64,000 nucleotides of DNA. Origin: Oculina patagonica. Taxonomy: Eukaryota. The stretch is taken from NCBI RefSeq assembly GCF_052425735.1, contig NC_135765.1:24862001-24926000 (forward strand), given 5' to 3'. A model generated the notes under the pieces. The model saw only the letters and a program-made list of their open reading frames with translations. It was not told the DNA's origin and searched no databases. Of this stretch, positions 48,391-61,372 are shown piece after piece. Position 1 is the first letter of the stretch. Every line of letters begins with the position of its first letter. A program made the translations under genes and the position numbers.

Positions 48391-49732
48391 ATTACACTGC
48401 CGATCATAATTTTCTTCACTTCACTCAATAAACTCCATCTCTCGATCCTCGCTCCATAAAATAAATAATACAACAAGTTATTACCCCCTGCCAAAACAGG
48501 CAAAGAAAAAAATCATAACTTTCCATGCCAAGCATACAAAAAATACATCTAAGCTTAATATGTCAGCTCGCGATCGTTCGATCGTCCGCGAAGTTATTAC
48601 GCAAGGAATACTTCTTAAAAGAAAAACTCGTTGGAAATTACCACAAGATCAAATAAAAACACCACCATTATGCAAGGATAACTAAAGTGACAACAATATA
48701 CCTTTTAACCTCTGGAAATGGAGCGCACAAGTTTCGTCCAAGGAAATATCGATATGGCGAACTGCACGAAAACCAATAACAGACTTAGTAACCGAGCCTT
48801 AAGGAAAGAAATGTAGCCACGCTTGTGTAAAATCTGAACCAGTGGACATGGCAAAGCCAGGGGAGTTTACATCGCCGCTAGTTTTCAATTTGCCTCATGT
48901 CACGAGGATGTGGGGTGAGTTTCTGCAAACCAGCTGTGGAAGAATTCTTTGCATTCTTGATGTAAGATTTCTGTGTAAGGATTCTTCGAATTCCTAAGGT
49001 AAGTTTACATCAAGATTCTTTTCAGTTTTGAAGGGATTATTAAGCAACAAACACCCGGGGCAATTTTAGCTGATCAGCAATTTCTTTAAATGCAGGTATT
49101 AGGTATTTAGGTATCCTATCTAAGAATCACACCAAGAACACAATGCCAAAGAGGAAAAAGGACGCCCTATTTAAGGATCGATAACCAAAAAACCATACCC
49201 TATCCCGCGGCACATACCTATGTAGCCCATATATGGGAGTGCTCATCTCACTTTTTTGACAGTTTCCAAATAGGAGAATTCGTTCGTTTTTAGTTATCAA
49301 CCTTTTCACAATTACTGGCGTGTAGCCCCGCAAATTTATGCGAGATCGTTCGTGGAACCACATTCTAACCCCTGTGGAAAGCTGTTTTGTGGTTTGAGAA
49401 ACCCCTTTGATTAAAGGTCAAATGCAACGAAATTGGAAATTTTTTCTTTTGTCCGCAAACCTGTCGTTTATGAAGGTATTAATGATAATAAACTCTCAGA
49501 AATGGTTTTTGTGCGAATTGTGGCGCTTAGGAGATGAAAATCCGACGATTTCCGAAGACTTCACGAAAACGAACCAAAAATGGCCGCGCGTGGAATGGAA
49601 TCGAATAGAGGTATTTGTGACGTCAGGTGTGGCGAGCAAATTTTCACGTGTTTTGAGCGATCCTTGCAAATCCTTGGGTTTGTTCGATGGATTTCCAGAG
49701 TTTATGAAACAGCCGTTAGTTGAAACCGATGA

Positions 49733-50691
49733 GGTCAGTGTACCTTCCGTCCATTCCATTTCTATAAAAATCAAAAATTGAAAAATGAAAAACGGATTTC
49801 ATCTTTTTTGAATTTTGAATTCAACAGAAATCAAAATTGAATGTCTGTTTTCAATTTTTGACATTTGACATGGAAACAAAAATTAAAAATGGTTTTGCTA
49901 TTTCGATTTTCTTATTTTCCAACTAAATGAAAATCGAAAATTACCACCCTTTTTCCAAAAATCTATCGACTTAAAAACAAAAATTCTAGTTTCCGAGATG
50001 CTTTTTCGATGTCATGGATCCAATAGATAAGGTATCGTGACTGAAAAACCGAAAATCAAACTCGCATTTCAATTTTCGTCTCCGATGAAAATTGAAAATC
50101 GAAAATCGACAAAAACACCATGTGGGGAGGGGTGGGTAGAATGTCGACATGCCAGGCTGGGCTACTAAGTCAATAAAGATGGCGGCCAAGGACTGCTTCT
50201 AGAACACGCAAAGATGCAAAGTTAAGAGCTCCAATGTGTGGCTTCAGGTTGAAACCCTTTCTAAATGCACTGTACCGAGTTTTAAAGTTTTCAGGGATAA
50301 TTCTGGAGACTAATCCTGAATAAAACTACGTGCAACCGGTGGGTGTTTTGAAGTGCTTTCATTTAAAGTCAACTTTATAAACTGTAGTGCTGTAAATGCG
50401 GTTGCGCTTATTAAAAATCATGGAACTTAGCGTTCTTCTTATTTAGCTGCAATACTGCTTTCTTGAAAATTTTGCCTTTAAACTATTTCACGGAAAAGTG
50501 GAGAAGGGAAGAAGAAGGCGATTGAGCTTAAATCATTTGCATACATGTATTCATCTTTGTTTGCACAGTCCAATGAGTAAGATAATCAGATTATTTCTAA
50601 GGAGAGGGACCCCTTATTTCCCTGCAGTATCCTGGAGTATATGTATAAGGTTTGTTATCAATAATTTTAAAAGACAATTCGAGATTTGTTT
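49733..50691 (+). repeat. Left terminal inverted repeat
   Basis: Reverse complement of 59317-60258, with few substitutions and indels. Confidence 0.95.
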
Positions 50692-51267
50692 GATAAGAGC
50701 TATTCCATTGCATATCCCCTCCCTCCTGTTTTACAAAGTAAGTCAAAATTCCAACTCCCACCCCCAACCAAAGAGAACAGGGCCATCTCTAGGATTTTTT
50801 TGTCTGTGGGGACAAGTTTTCCTGGTGGGGGCAACTTTCTATTTATTTTTCTTTAGCTTTCTTAGTTTTGAGTTTTTCTGGAAGGGGCAACTCCCCCCCC
50901 CCCCCTCCCTCCCCCCCCCCCCGCTAGGTACAGCCCTAAAAGGGATCAAAGTGTGCACATGAAGCACCCCTAAAAGAACCTGATTTTTCTCATCCGCAGT
51001 TAGTAAAGGCAACTTCTTCCCTAACCCCTTCTGAAATATTTAGCTTCCCCCTATAAATAACTTTCAAAGACCATCCAACAAAACTTGTTGACAGTTGTTT
51101 CTTTTTTGCATTCTTAATTCTTCTCTTTTATTTATTTACACAGGCCAACTCTAACAAGACAAGTAAGATTACAGCACAAATAAACTGTAAGCATATTTAA
51201 AAGACTAGTGTACATGGAATGTACAGTATCTTGTGCTGATCTTTCAATGAAGCTGAAAGACACTGTG

Positions 51268-54200
51268 CTACATGTTAGAACAATACTCAAAGGTTAGATC
51301 TCGGAACAACAGGATTGCATTCTGGAACATTGTTGGATTCTTATTTACTACTCCATGAAACATTGTAGCAAATTCTGGAAAATGAGACTGGAACTGTTTC
51401 AATCTGGCTGAACTTAAATGCACTTCAGATGACAGTGGGTCTTTGCCAAACTCTGGCCAGACTGTCAGATGCCCTCCTTGTTGTTCGTACAACTCGACAG
51501 CTTCTGAAGTGGTTGGTAGAAGCTCTGGTGGCACTTTCACAGTCATGTTGTTTGCTGCTTGCATTTCATTTGGAACTCCTTTACCTGTATTCCAATACAA
51601 TAGTGGAAAACAAATATATAAGTTGTCATTCAGTAGCTTTTAGTACAAAATTTATAATGCCAGCTGTTAATAGACAACATAGCAGTTTGAATACATTGGA
51701 AGTCTGATTTCCTGAACCTCTTCGGGAAACAAAAAGAGGTTAAAAAAAGGAGTTCAAGAAATTTTTAAGGTAAAATTCCAGTGTTGGACATCAAGTCACC
51801 AGGAAGTTTTAAAAATCTATTGTTTCAGAGACTGGGTTTCTTTTTTTTTTCATTGTCATTATCTGGAAGCTGTGTACAACAGTTGTTAAGCTTGAGTAAT
51901 GACTGTTGTACCTTGAAATGTAATTTAATTTGCATTATGTATACAGTATAAAGGTATGGCATGTACCTGGAACACTGTGAGCATTCCATGACTCAATAAC
52001 AAGACCACAGCCAGCATGACATACTCGAAGAGTAACCCAGGAGACTGAAAACTTTGTTATGCCATCTTCCATGTCCAGAATATCTGAATTGACCATGGAG
52101 TTTAGTGCCTTTTTTATTGGGTAGTTCACCCTGGTATTTATTTCCACCCATATCCTTTCAATCCTGTGATTCTAAAATCAAATGAGTTCAAGTCGATGTT
52201 AGTGATTGTATGATAATGAAGGAATAAAAAATTTCCCTTAAAACCATGAATCTTTCATATATAAAAAAGATGGTAACTCAGGCAATACATTTAACCATAA
52301 TTCCTTGTCTATGAAAATTATGCTAAAATTATATAGTTATTGAAATTTACACGAAAGTTCTAAAAACCTCAAACCTGACGTACAAAATTTTTTCAATTTT
52401 GAAAAATTAGCTTTCAGTGTCCCCATTTGGCTGTGTTGGGTTCACAAAGTATTGTAGAAAAATGTAGAGCTGCCATCTTTGTCCTCATGATGAATTGTTA
52501 GTGAAGTTTGCAGTTTTAACACAAACAGCTGTAGTTATTTAGATGATTGTTTTGAATAAATAAACGAGTTTCAATTAAAGCCTAGAATTATTGAACATTG
52601 TATCGTTCAGGGCCTATACTTTCAGTTTTATTCGTTTCTTTTACTGACTGGTTAATATCTTCATTAAACTGGCCTTGTATAAGAAATATTCGTAAACAAT
52701 TTCATTTATAAGGGACTATATGGGAGTTTGATAGCTGCATTACTGCTTATTTTCCTTGGGATGGAAAATAAAATGAATGAATAAATCTCAAGGTAACTAT
52801 AAATTACATTTGTTCACTAACTCGTTTGGATGTTGTCTGAAGGTATGGAAGGCGATTGGTGTTCCGTCTTTTCTCACTCAGTGAGTCTTGTATTGCAAGC
52901 ATGAGGCAAAACTCCCTCCCATGGTCCACTCGCAGTTGATCCCACATTCCGTAGGTTTGAACTGCCCGCCTGCAAAAACATGCATGGTGGTGGTAAGGAT
53001 TTTGATATAGAATTATACATAGTTTGCAACTTTGTGATGCTGGTAATGACTTTGATTTAAAACGAATTAAGCTTCGGCTGGCCAAGATGTTAAAATGTAT
53101 GAAGCTTCGCCTCTAAGTATCATTAACTATAATCCATGGTTTTATGTTTATTATGTGAACTGGTAATCATTTGGGATACCATCATTTGTATGCCCAAAGC
53201 TACTTTTGAGACGGATTAATCTATCAAGATTTGTAAATGCTAAAAAAACTTATTTAAAAGAAGTTTTGAGGCAGTGCATAGCAGCTGATTTTGAAGCACA
53301 AACACCAAAAATAAAATTAAAGTAACAGTGATGAAAATTAGTTATGGTTTGAACTTACCTATAAATGTGCTCATAAATTAGGAGGTTGTTTTTTACAGCC
53401 ATTAGTGCATGGCTTACAATCTTTCCACTGTAGCCATCTATTGCACAAACATGAACAACACCATACATAACAAGCTTCTCATTTTGATCTATATGAAGCT
53501 TGTGCCCAAAGTATTCAGCAGAGTAAGGAATAGGGTTTGTAAGCTGCTCTGTCCTGTCCTGTCTTTGATCATGGTAGGCTGGTGCGACACGAGCAAGTGA
53601 GGATCCAACCCTTCTCTCAGCCACATGAATTCCAGAGGAACTACTAAGAAATCCCCTTGTCATCTTTCTTCCCCATGTTGGCCCTACCTAAATATAAAAC
53701 AAAGCCTTTATTTACATGTAACATTTGCTTTCGAGGTAATTATGACAAAACTTGGGAAATATAGACTAAATATTTTGTTGTTCGTCTTTTTGGATGGAAT
53801 CAGTGTCACGAGACGTAATAATTTATACATGCATGCCCGTTAAAAATATTTAATTTCGTAATTTTTAATTTAGGTTTTAATAAAGTGTAACTATGATCAA
53901 ATACTTTATTATAGTAAATTAATGCTGTGGAGGAAGGACGAAAAACAATGGGGGCCCGGGGGAGGAGAAATGGCGCGAGCAGAGAGTGAACCACCCGGAA
54001 ACGCGAAGGGGCCAAAAGAGAAGGAGTAACGATCACAACAACGGCGGGAAACGGTGACGCGCATGCAGCGTTAATTGCATAATAGAGCGGCACTGAGGTC
54101 GAAAGTACCTTATTATAGGAAATTAACGCTTGTGTTAATTAAGGTATTTGAAATTAACGCGACTTAAATTAACGCGATTTGAAGGAAAAATTTATACTCC

Positions 54201-55206
54201 CCAATAAAGGAAATTAACGCGAAAGAGGGGGTACATTTCAAAATGAAGGAAATTAACGCGACAAACATAAAAAAAAGAACACTTGTTGAGACAGCAGGAA
54301 CAAGTTTACTTTAACACAAAGGAAACTGAGCGGCTCGAGCGTTTTTCACAGTTTTAGTGACCTATCAAGACGTCTAGACTGTATCGAGAAATTGGTTCCA
54401 AAATAATGGAAATTAAGGTCATGGACTGGAATGTCTTTTTTTTCCTTTGTGATTGGCCAGAGTAATTGTTTTTGGTTTTACGACACTCAATTAAAAACTG
54501 CTCTAAGGTATTTAAATTACCTTTTTCATACATTCTCGGTACACTTCCACAGGCGGTAGAGCAGGCGGGGGGGGGGGGGGGGGGAGCTGTAGCTTCCTAT
54601 CGAAAATTCTGCGGGGGGATGCTTAACCATCCCCCCCCCCACGTTTTGCTGCCGAAAATTAAAAATATTGCAATCGCGAGCGCAGCGTAAAATTGATTTG
54701 TCAAGATGTTACGTCTCGTGAGTTATTTCAAACATCTCCGAAATTTTCTTGGAAGTCTTCGGGAAACTTCGTTTATCTTCGGAAAAGTTCAAAAAATGGT
54801 CGGAAACGTTCGTATGGTCTTCGACCAACAATCAGAAAATCTTTGGAAATCTTCGGTCGAGAAACTGCTCAGAAAACAAAAAGTTGCTAGAACTGAAAAA
54901 AAGTTGCTCCAAATATGAAAACCTGCCGACTATTTTTGGGACAGTCAGCCCCCCACGCTACAAAACGCTCCGCCGCCTCTGCTTTCTTACCTTATTGACA
55001 ACACCTTGTACAAGCTCATCTAAAGATTCGTTATCGAGGCCAGATCTTCGTGATATCCCATTTTTACGACAAAAGCGTCTGACAGATCTCTCACTTAGGC
55101 CTCTCTGGCTTGGATAGAGATGTTGGAGCATTCCGCTAATCTGACTATGGGTCTTTTGTTCATTTTGCACAAGGTTCGCGACGTATTCGGCAGAAATATT
55201 TTCCAT
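51268..55206 (-). CDS. Intact DDE (integrase-core) transposase, 404 aa; exons 55206-54991, 53687-53359, 52969-52822, 52171-51967, 51584-51268
   Basis: All introns are GT-AG and the phases join into a 1215-nt open frame. HTH-like N-terminus (SERSVRRFC), GPTWGRK, LHIDQNEKL...AIDGYSGKI, LRVDHGREF, NHRIERIW, WNAH. Confidence 0.88.
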
Positions 55207-55975
55207 TACGACTTTCTCAAATTTTGCGCCAAAACGAAAATTATTACCGGGAGAAATCTGGAAACGAACGACCATGCGACGGCACGGGTGGAGTACATTG
55301 GGAAAAAATTCGGACGATTTCAATTTCGGACAAAAAAGTGTCCAAAATAATACGAACGAAATTTCGTGCAAGTTATATACATTTCGCGAAAGCAAGGCAT
55401 AAACATTTTACCCAATCATCTTGTCCATGGTTGGAAGTCAAAGAAAAAGAGGGGCCATTAAACCCGATTTATTTCAATTTAGGGGCTGTCATTATTTGGA
55501 GAGGGGAGGAAGGAACTGGTGAAAACAGGGGCACGGTCAGACTAACTATGCTTTAATGCATGGAAAATGGGGCAACACATTAATGTATGCACGTTTGCTC
55601 GGAAGGTTTAGGGAGTCAGTTGGTAACGGAGCTTGAGGGTCAGCCAAAAATTTGCTACGTAAAAAGGAAGGGTTGGCGAATTTGAACACAGCCTCTCTCC
55701 ATTTGCATCAGTCCTCCCCCACTAAGTAATGAACGGCCCTATAGCTAAAAGAAATTAAGTTGCGCAAATACCCACGAATATGCGCGACGTTACTAAGGTA
55801 ACGAAACATTCCTCACCTTTCCCGCCCAGAGCGGGGACATCCGTTTGTGTTTAATCCAATCAAAACAGGCGCAGATGAGGTAAGCCGACCAAAAGCTGAG
55901 GCTGTCCGTGGGAAAGTGAATTTTTCTTCCACTGTTTCGAACGAGTTAGCGGAATCAACCTATATGTGCAAAAAT

Positions 55976-58831
55976 ATGGGGAGCCGAAAGTACGAATTAA
56001 GCAGGGAAGGAAGTGATTTGCGGTTAACGATGGCAAACAGTGACATCACATTAACTCGATTGGCCACTGCCTTTGAGGTATGTGTTACTTGTGAGTGAAA
56101 AAATTATTTTGCATGATTAGAGTTCCCGGACTTGCTGACTTCAAATTATGAATGGATACATTTAATGGAATGAAAGATATTGGTTTGGGCCCAGGTCGGG
56201 ATTTATCTGAGTAAAACTATAATGTAATACGCCGGAGGTGTGTAATCTTATGAATTATTTGGACGGCTCATCAGTAAAAATTCATTAAAACGGACAAAGT
56301 GCTTAAAAGGAGTTTTGCTCTAAACCACCACGTGCGACTTTGGCTGCTCCAAAACAGTTAACTTTTGCTTACTGAACCAGCTAATACAAGTTAAACTAAT
56401 AAGAGGTGAGCGCCTATGGCCCCTTTTTATGTTGACTGCTCTCTACAAAACTGGGTAAGTCCGGACCAATTTTTGGACGGGTCGGCGCCCAATTTTCTCT
56501 GTCGTTAAACGTGCTTTATTTATATTAGCCACGGCTACAATAATATCAGTAATGTTTTCGTTTAAAGAAATGCTTGAATTGCTTTTGTTAGCCGAGCGAA
56601 TTATAGATTTCTTGTTTACTTGTACCGTTAGAAGGAACATTGTTCGTGCGTAGAAACCATCATTGTAACACTATTTTATTCCCATTGAAGAGAATATAAC
56701 CTTTCCCGCCTTTGCGCGTATGCGTTTTCTAACGTTATTCTATTCAATGAATGAAAACTTTATTTACCCTCGGTATTATAAGGCGTGTTAGGCCTCTAGG
56801 AGTGATGCTAATGAAACTGAGTAAATAAATAAAATAAATAAATGAAAACTATATTTCTTACTCCTTAAGTAAATAATCAAAGACAACCACAGGCAGCCCA
56901 ACAGATATTACAACCATCATGATACTCAGAATTCTCTGGAAACCATTTTTCCTTTTTTTAATTTATTCCTTTATGTTCAAAAATATAAAATGAACCACCC
57001 TTTTCCATTAAAAAATATGTCGGCCCCATGATATTCCTCCTCGCCTCAAATTAACAGGGCTCTACTAAGAACTATTTTGTGGTACCCCACTCGAAAACTT
57101 AAATCAAACAAATAAATAAATTTGTGATTACAAATACTATGGTCCTTATCATGCATAATGTAGTAAATATGTGAATAAAGGTTGTCTTTTATTGAATTGC
57201 AACTCATTTGGAAGTAGTTTTGACTGATTCATTTTAATCTTATGTTTCCATTTAATCTCTTCAGGTGTCACCTGGCTCTCTTTACTTAAAAGAAGAATGG
57301 GGTGATGTAACATACTGGGCCAATGACAATGGGCGTTTTAATCTCTCCTGCCTTTCAGACATGAGTTCTCTTTTGGTTATGGGGCAGAGTCAAAGTGAAG
57401 GTGGCGATTGCCTTTCCCATACAGCACCACCAGCAACCAAAAAATCCAAATTAGCGTTTAACAGGCCTTTCTCCGCAAGAAAGGAAAAACTCCCTCAACT
57501 GCAACCTTTGGCTGCAAGGTTATCTTTGCCAAAAAGACTGGCAAAAGTTTTGATGAGCTTAACCAAACGTATGTTAATGTCAATGAAAACACAGCAAATG
57601 TGGAGTACATCACGGAAAAAGCTAGAGAGAAGTGGGGTCAAGTTGTATTGGTATCTGGAAATGGCCTTCCAATCACAGACGAGGAAGGTACCAGAGGTAA
57701 GAAGGCTTACTTTAAAATAAAGCTGCTGTTAGCAAAAATTATTTAACTATTTGTGGACATTTAAACAATTTATGACACAGTGCTTAAAACGATCTGGGGC
57801 TGCCCAGGGCAGGGTCTTACCTATATACTATTACTGATAACAGATGCGATACTGTGCCCACAAAACTCTCCCTTACGAAAGAAATTTTGGGTGCCCAGGT
57901 CTTAAAAGCTCCAAGATAGCAAACTTATACACAACTTTTACATGGGTAATATACACAGGTAAATACAGTACACAGCCTGGTTCTGCTAGAGCACAGCTCT
58001 GAGATGACTACAAAGAGATGTTAATTATTATTTTATTCTCCATTATTTCAATGAAGGCATTTTATTTTTAAACTGATACAGGTTTTGGTGAAAGCAATGT
58101 AAAATGGTATAGAAATGTTATCCTCTAAATTACTATGATCGGAGTCTAAGTAACTTAAACATTGCCTGTATAACTGACTAAAAAAATCAGGATATGACTG
58201 ACATCTGTCTATTTTACATTTTAAAACAGGAGCAAAATTCTGGAAGTGCCCAAGTCGGCGAATATATGCAGTTAAGGATAGCGACTCCACTCTTTCAAGA
58301 AGAGACCCAACTAAAAAAAGGAGTCATGAGGACCAATACAGCTCAACTGATGAATCAGATGATGGAAAACAGGCTCTAAAAAAGAAAAAGTTTGAAAAAT
58401 TTGTAAGGGGAGAATTAGAAGAAATGAAGTTGGAAGTAAATCTGCTAAGAGAAGATCTTGTGCAGAATAATGCCAACTTGATGGAGTGTAAAAACATGTT
58501 GCACAATTTAACCAGTGTAAATAAGTATATTTCCCTTCCACCCAGCGCCCTTAAGCTAGTTGTAGATGCATTTAAATGCAAAATTTGCTTAAAGGCACCG
58601 ATGTGTGCACCAGTGATTGCCACCAGGTGTTGTAATGTACTACTCGGCTGCAGCCAGTGCATTAATGAGTGGTATAGTGGGGATGGGGGGCTCGATAAAA
58701 CCTGTCCCAATTGTAAGGAGCCAAGGGGCTATGCCCAAACTTTTCAATTCCGGGGAATTGATGACTTTTTGAAAGGCTTTGAAGAAATGATGGTAGATCC
58801 ATCCACCATACATGAAGCAGATAGGCCCTAA
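55976..58831 (+). pseudogene. Transposon-borne gene with coiled coil and C-terminal RING-like zinc finger; exons 55976-56077, 57265-57696, 58230-58831; apparent 1-nt frameshift at ~57462-57490
   Basis: CKIC...CCNVLLGCSQC...CPNC. Splice sites are GT-AG. The exon 2 to exon 3 join reaches the RING frame only if exon 2 shifts by -1 midway. Confidence 0.65.
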
Positions 58832-59316
58832 TGGACTCTGCCACTGGAAGTTGTAAGATGGCATGTTTATTGCAGTGCTTAATCACCTTGTATGTGGTTT
58901 TCATACCACATAAGAAGCATTCTTTACTATTTTTTAAGGCATGTCAAGTCATGTGAAATCAAGAGAAATATATCAAATTAAGGATCGATTTATACTTATG
59001 TCAAATCTTTCACTGTAGCAAAGATTAGTTGTTGTTGTTGTTGCTCGAGAAACTATTTGCTTTTTTCACTCAGCAATTTGTGGTGTTTTTTGTTGTTACC
59101 GACAAATAGGTCAGCTGGCCACATCGAATTAGTTGTATTTGAGACTGGCAATGTTTTCATGTTTTGACTGTTAAGAAGAGACTCAAATTATACAAAAGAA
59201 GTACAGTGTATCAAGGTGTCTATACTCGGCTGTACTGATTGCATATTACAATAGTCTATAGCTCACTATATCAGTTCTATAGTTTTGAGGTTAATAAAGC
59301 AAAAATAAAGTCATAA

Positions 59317-60258
59317 AAACAAATCTCGAATTGTCTTTTAAAATTATTGAACAACAGCCCTTAAACTCCAGGGTACGGCAGGGAAATAAGGGGTCCCTTT
59401 CCTTAGAAATAATCTGATTATCTTACTTTGACCGTGCAAACAAAGATGAATACATGCAAATGATTTAAGCTCAATCGCCTTCTTCTTCCCTTCTCCACTT
59501 TTCCGTGAAATAGTTTAAAGGCAAAATTTTCAAGAAAGCAGTATTGCAGCTAAATAAGAAGAACGCTAAGTTCCATGATTTTTAATAAGCGCAACCGCAT
59601 TTATAGCACTACAGTTTATAAAGTTGACTTTAAATGAAAGCACTTCAAAACACTCACCGGTTGCACGTAGTTTTATTCAGGATAAGTCTCCAGAATTAAC
59701 CCTGAAAACTTTAAAACTCGGTACAGTGCATTTAGAAAGGGTTTCAACCTGAAGCCACACATTGGAGCTCTTAACTTTGCGTCTTTGCGTGTTCTAGAAG
59801 CAGTCCTTGGCCGCCATCTTTATTGACTTAGTAGCCCAGCCTGGCATGTCGACATTCTACCCACCCCTCCCCACATGGTGTTTTTGTCAATTTTCGATTT
59901 TCAATTTTCATCGGAGACGAAAATTGAAATGCGAGTTTGATTTTCGGTTTTTCAGTTACGATACCTTATCTATTGGATCCATGACATCGAAAAAGCATCT
60001 CGGAAACTAGAATTTTTGTTTTTAAGTCGATAGATTTTTGGAAAAAGGGTGGTAATTTTCGATTTTCATTTAGTTGGAAAATAAGAAAATCAGCAAAACC
60101 ATTTTTAATTTTTGTTTCCATGTCAAATGTCAAAAATTGAAAACAGACATTCAATTTTGATTTCTGTTGAATTCAAAATTCAAAAACGATGAAATCCGTT
60201 TTTCATTTTTCAATTTTTGATTTTTATAGAAATGGAATGGACGGAAGGTACACTGACC
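59317..60258 (-). repeat. Right terminal inverted repeat
   Basis: Reverse complement of 49733-50691. Confidence 0.95.
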
Positions 60259-61112
60259 CGATGAAGACTTTGATTCAAGTCTTCGAAAAGTCTAAATACA
60301 GCCATATCAGTTCGAACTAACGGCATCTGGCAAGGAATAAATCGATTTCTGGAGTGATTAATTCCGACTCTGCGAGTGAACAAGATGGCGTTTAAATCCG
60401 GCAACATCTACATGCACCAACAACGAAGGAATATGCCACATATATTGGTGAGCCTAATAAATATCATGGAAACGGCTTTCAAATAATTTGAAATAAATAA
60501 ATAGTTGAATCTTAAGTTGAAGTATTGTCTTGCTTTTGTTCGAAAGGATTGCAATGTGGAATTATTTGTACACTGTTTGTAGCATAATGCCCGAGCTGAG
60601 CTGAGTGTGTTCTCTAACATAACACACCTTGAAGAATCAATTAAACCTTTAGAAGCTTTAAACTCATTCCCCTCAGCCAAATAATTTATTTTCAAAGATT
60701 GAAATTAAATACCGTGAGTACGTGGCCTTTTAGCTTCAATCAGAATTATGCCTGGTATTAATATTGCTCTTTATTTGCCGAATTATTAACCTAGGTGATT
60801 ATCTTGTAATCTGGCCCTTATATTTTTCAGTTGATTTTACTGATGATTCTCTGAAAAGGGAATTGTCTTAAGTAGATGGGGTGTAGGTCGAAGATAACAA
60901 TTTCAACAGTAATTTATGGCAACTTGCATTTCTTAAGACCCAGGTTATAAGATCTAACTTGTGTGCTGACACAGGACCTGACACTGGGACATGTAGCAGG
61001 GAAAATTTACACCTAGTTAATAGTTTTGTGTTTCAATGTCCTTGCTTACACATCCTTGTATGTACAAATTATCATGAGATTTTGTCAAAGCTGCATTATT
61101 ATAAAATATGCT

Positions 61113-61372
61113 AGGAAGCAGGGATGGCAAGTGGTGAGAGTCCTTGCCTCCCACCAATTGGCCCGAGTTCGATTTCCTGATTTGGCATCATATGTGGGTT
61201 GAGTTTGTTGTTCGTTCTCGGCCTTGCTCTGAGGGTTCTTCTCTGGGTTCTCCAGTTTTTCCCCTCCACAAAAATCAACACTTCCAAATTCCATTTCGAT
61301 TTGGAAATTTTACACTGCCCACAAGCTTCTAGCTTTAATTCTCTCCATGTCTAAATAAAGGTTTATTTATTT
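61113..61372 (+). mobile_element. tRNA-derived SINE
   Basis: A-box-like tggcaagtgg, B-box-like gagttcgatt, central ggttctccagtttt-type body, AT-rich tail aataaaggtttatttattt. Confidence 0.7.

Larger units (their letters stand above)
49733..60258. mobile_element. 10.5-kb IS3EU-like (integrase-core DDE) DNA transposon with ~950-bp TIRs and 6-bp TSD
   Basis: TSD cgatga at 49727-49732 and 60259-60264; termini GGTCAGTG...CACTGACC; two divergent internal genes. The superfamily name is inferred from transposase motifs and TSD length. Confidence 0.85.

Noticed and set aside
49986-50189. Duplicated 67-aa ORF (also 59807-60010)
   Set aside because: It lies within the TIRs, has a non-ATG start and shows no protein features.
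49733-60258. Polinton/Maverick call, based on the 6-bp TSD, long TIRs and integrase fold
   Set aside because: No pPolB, ATPase, protease or capsid genes, and the termini are not AG-repeat type.
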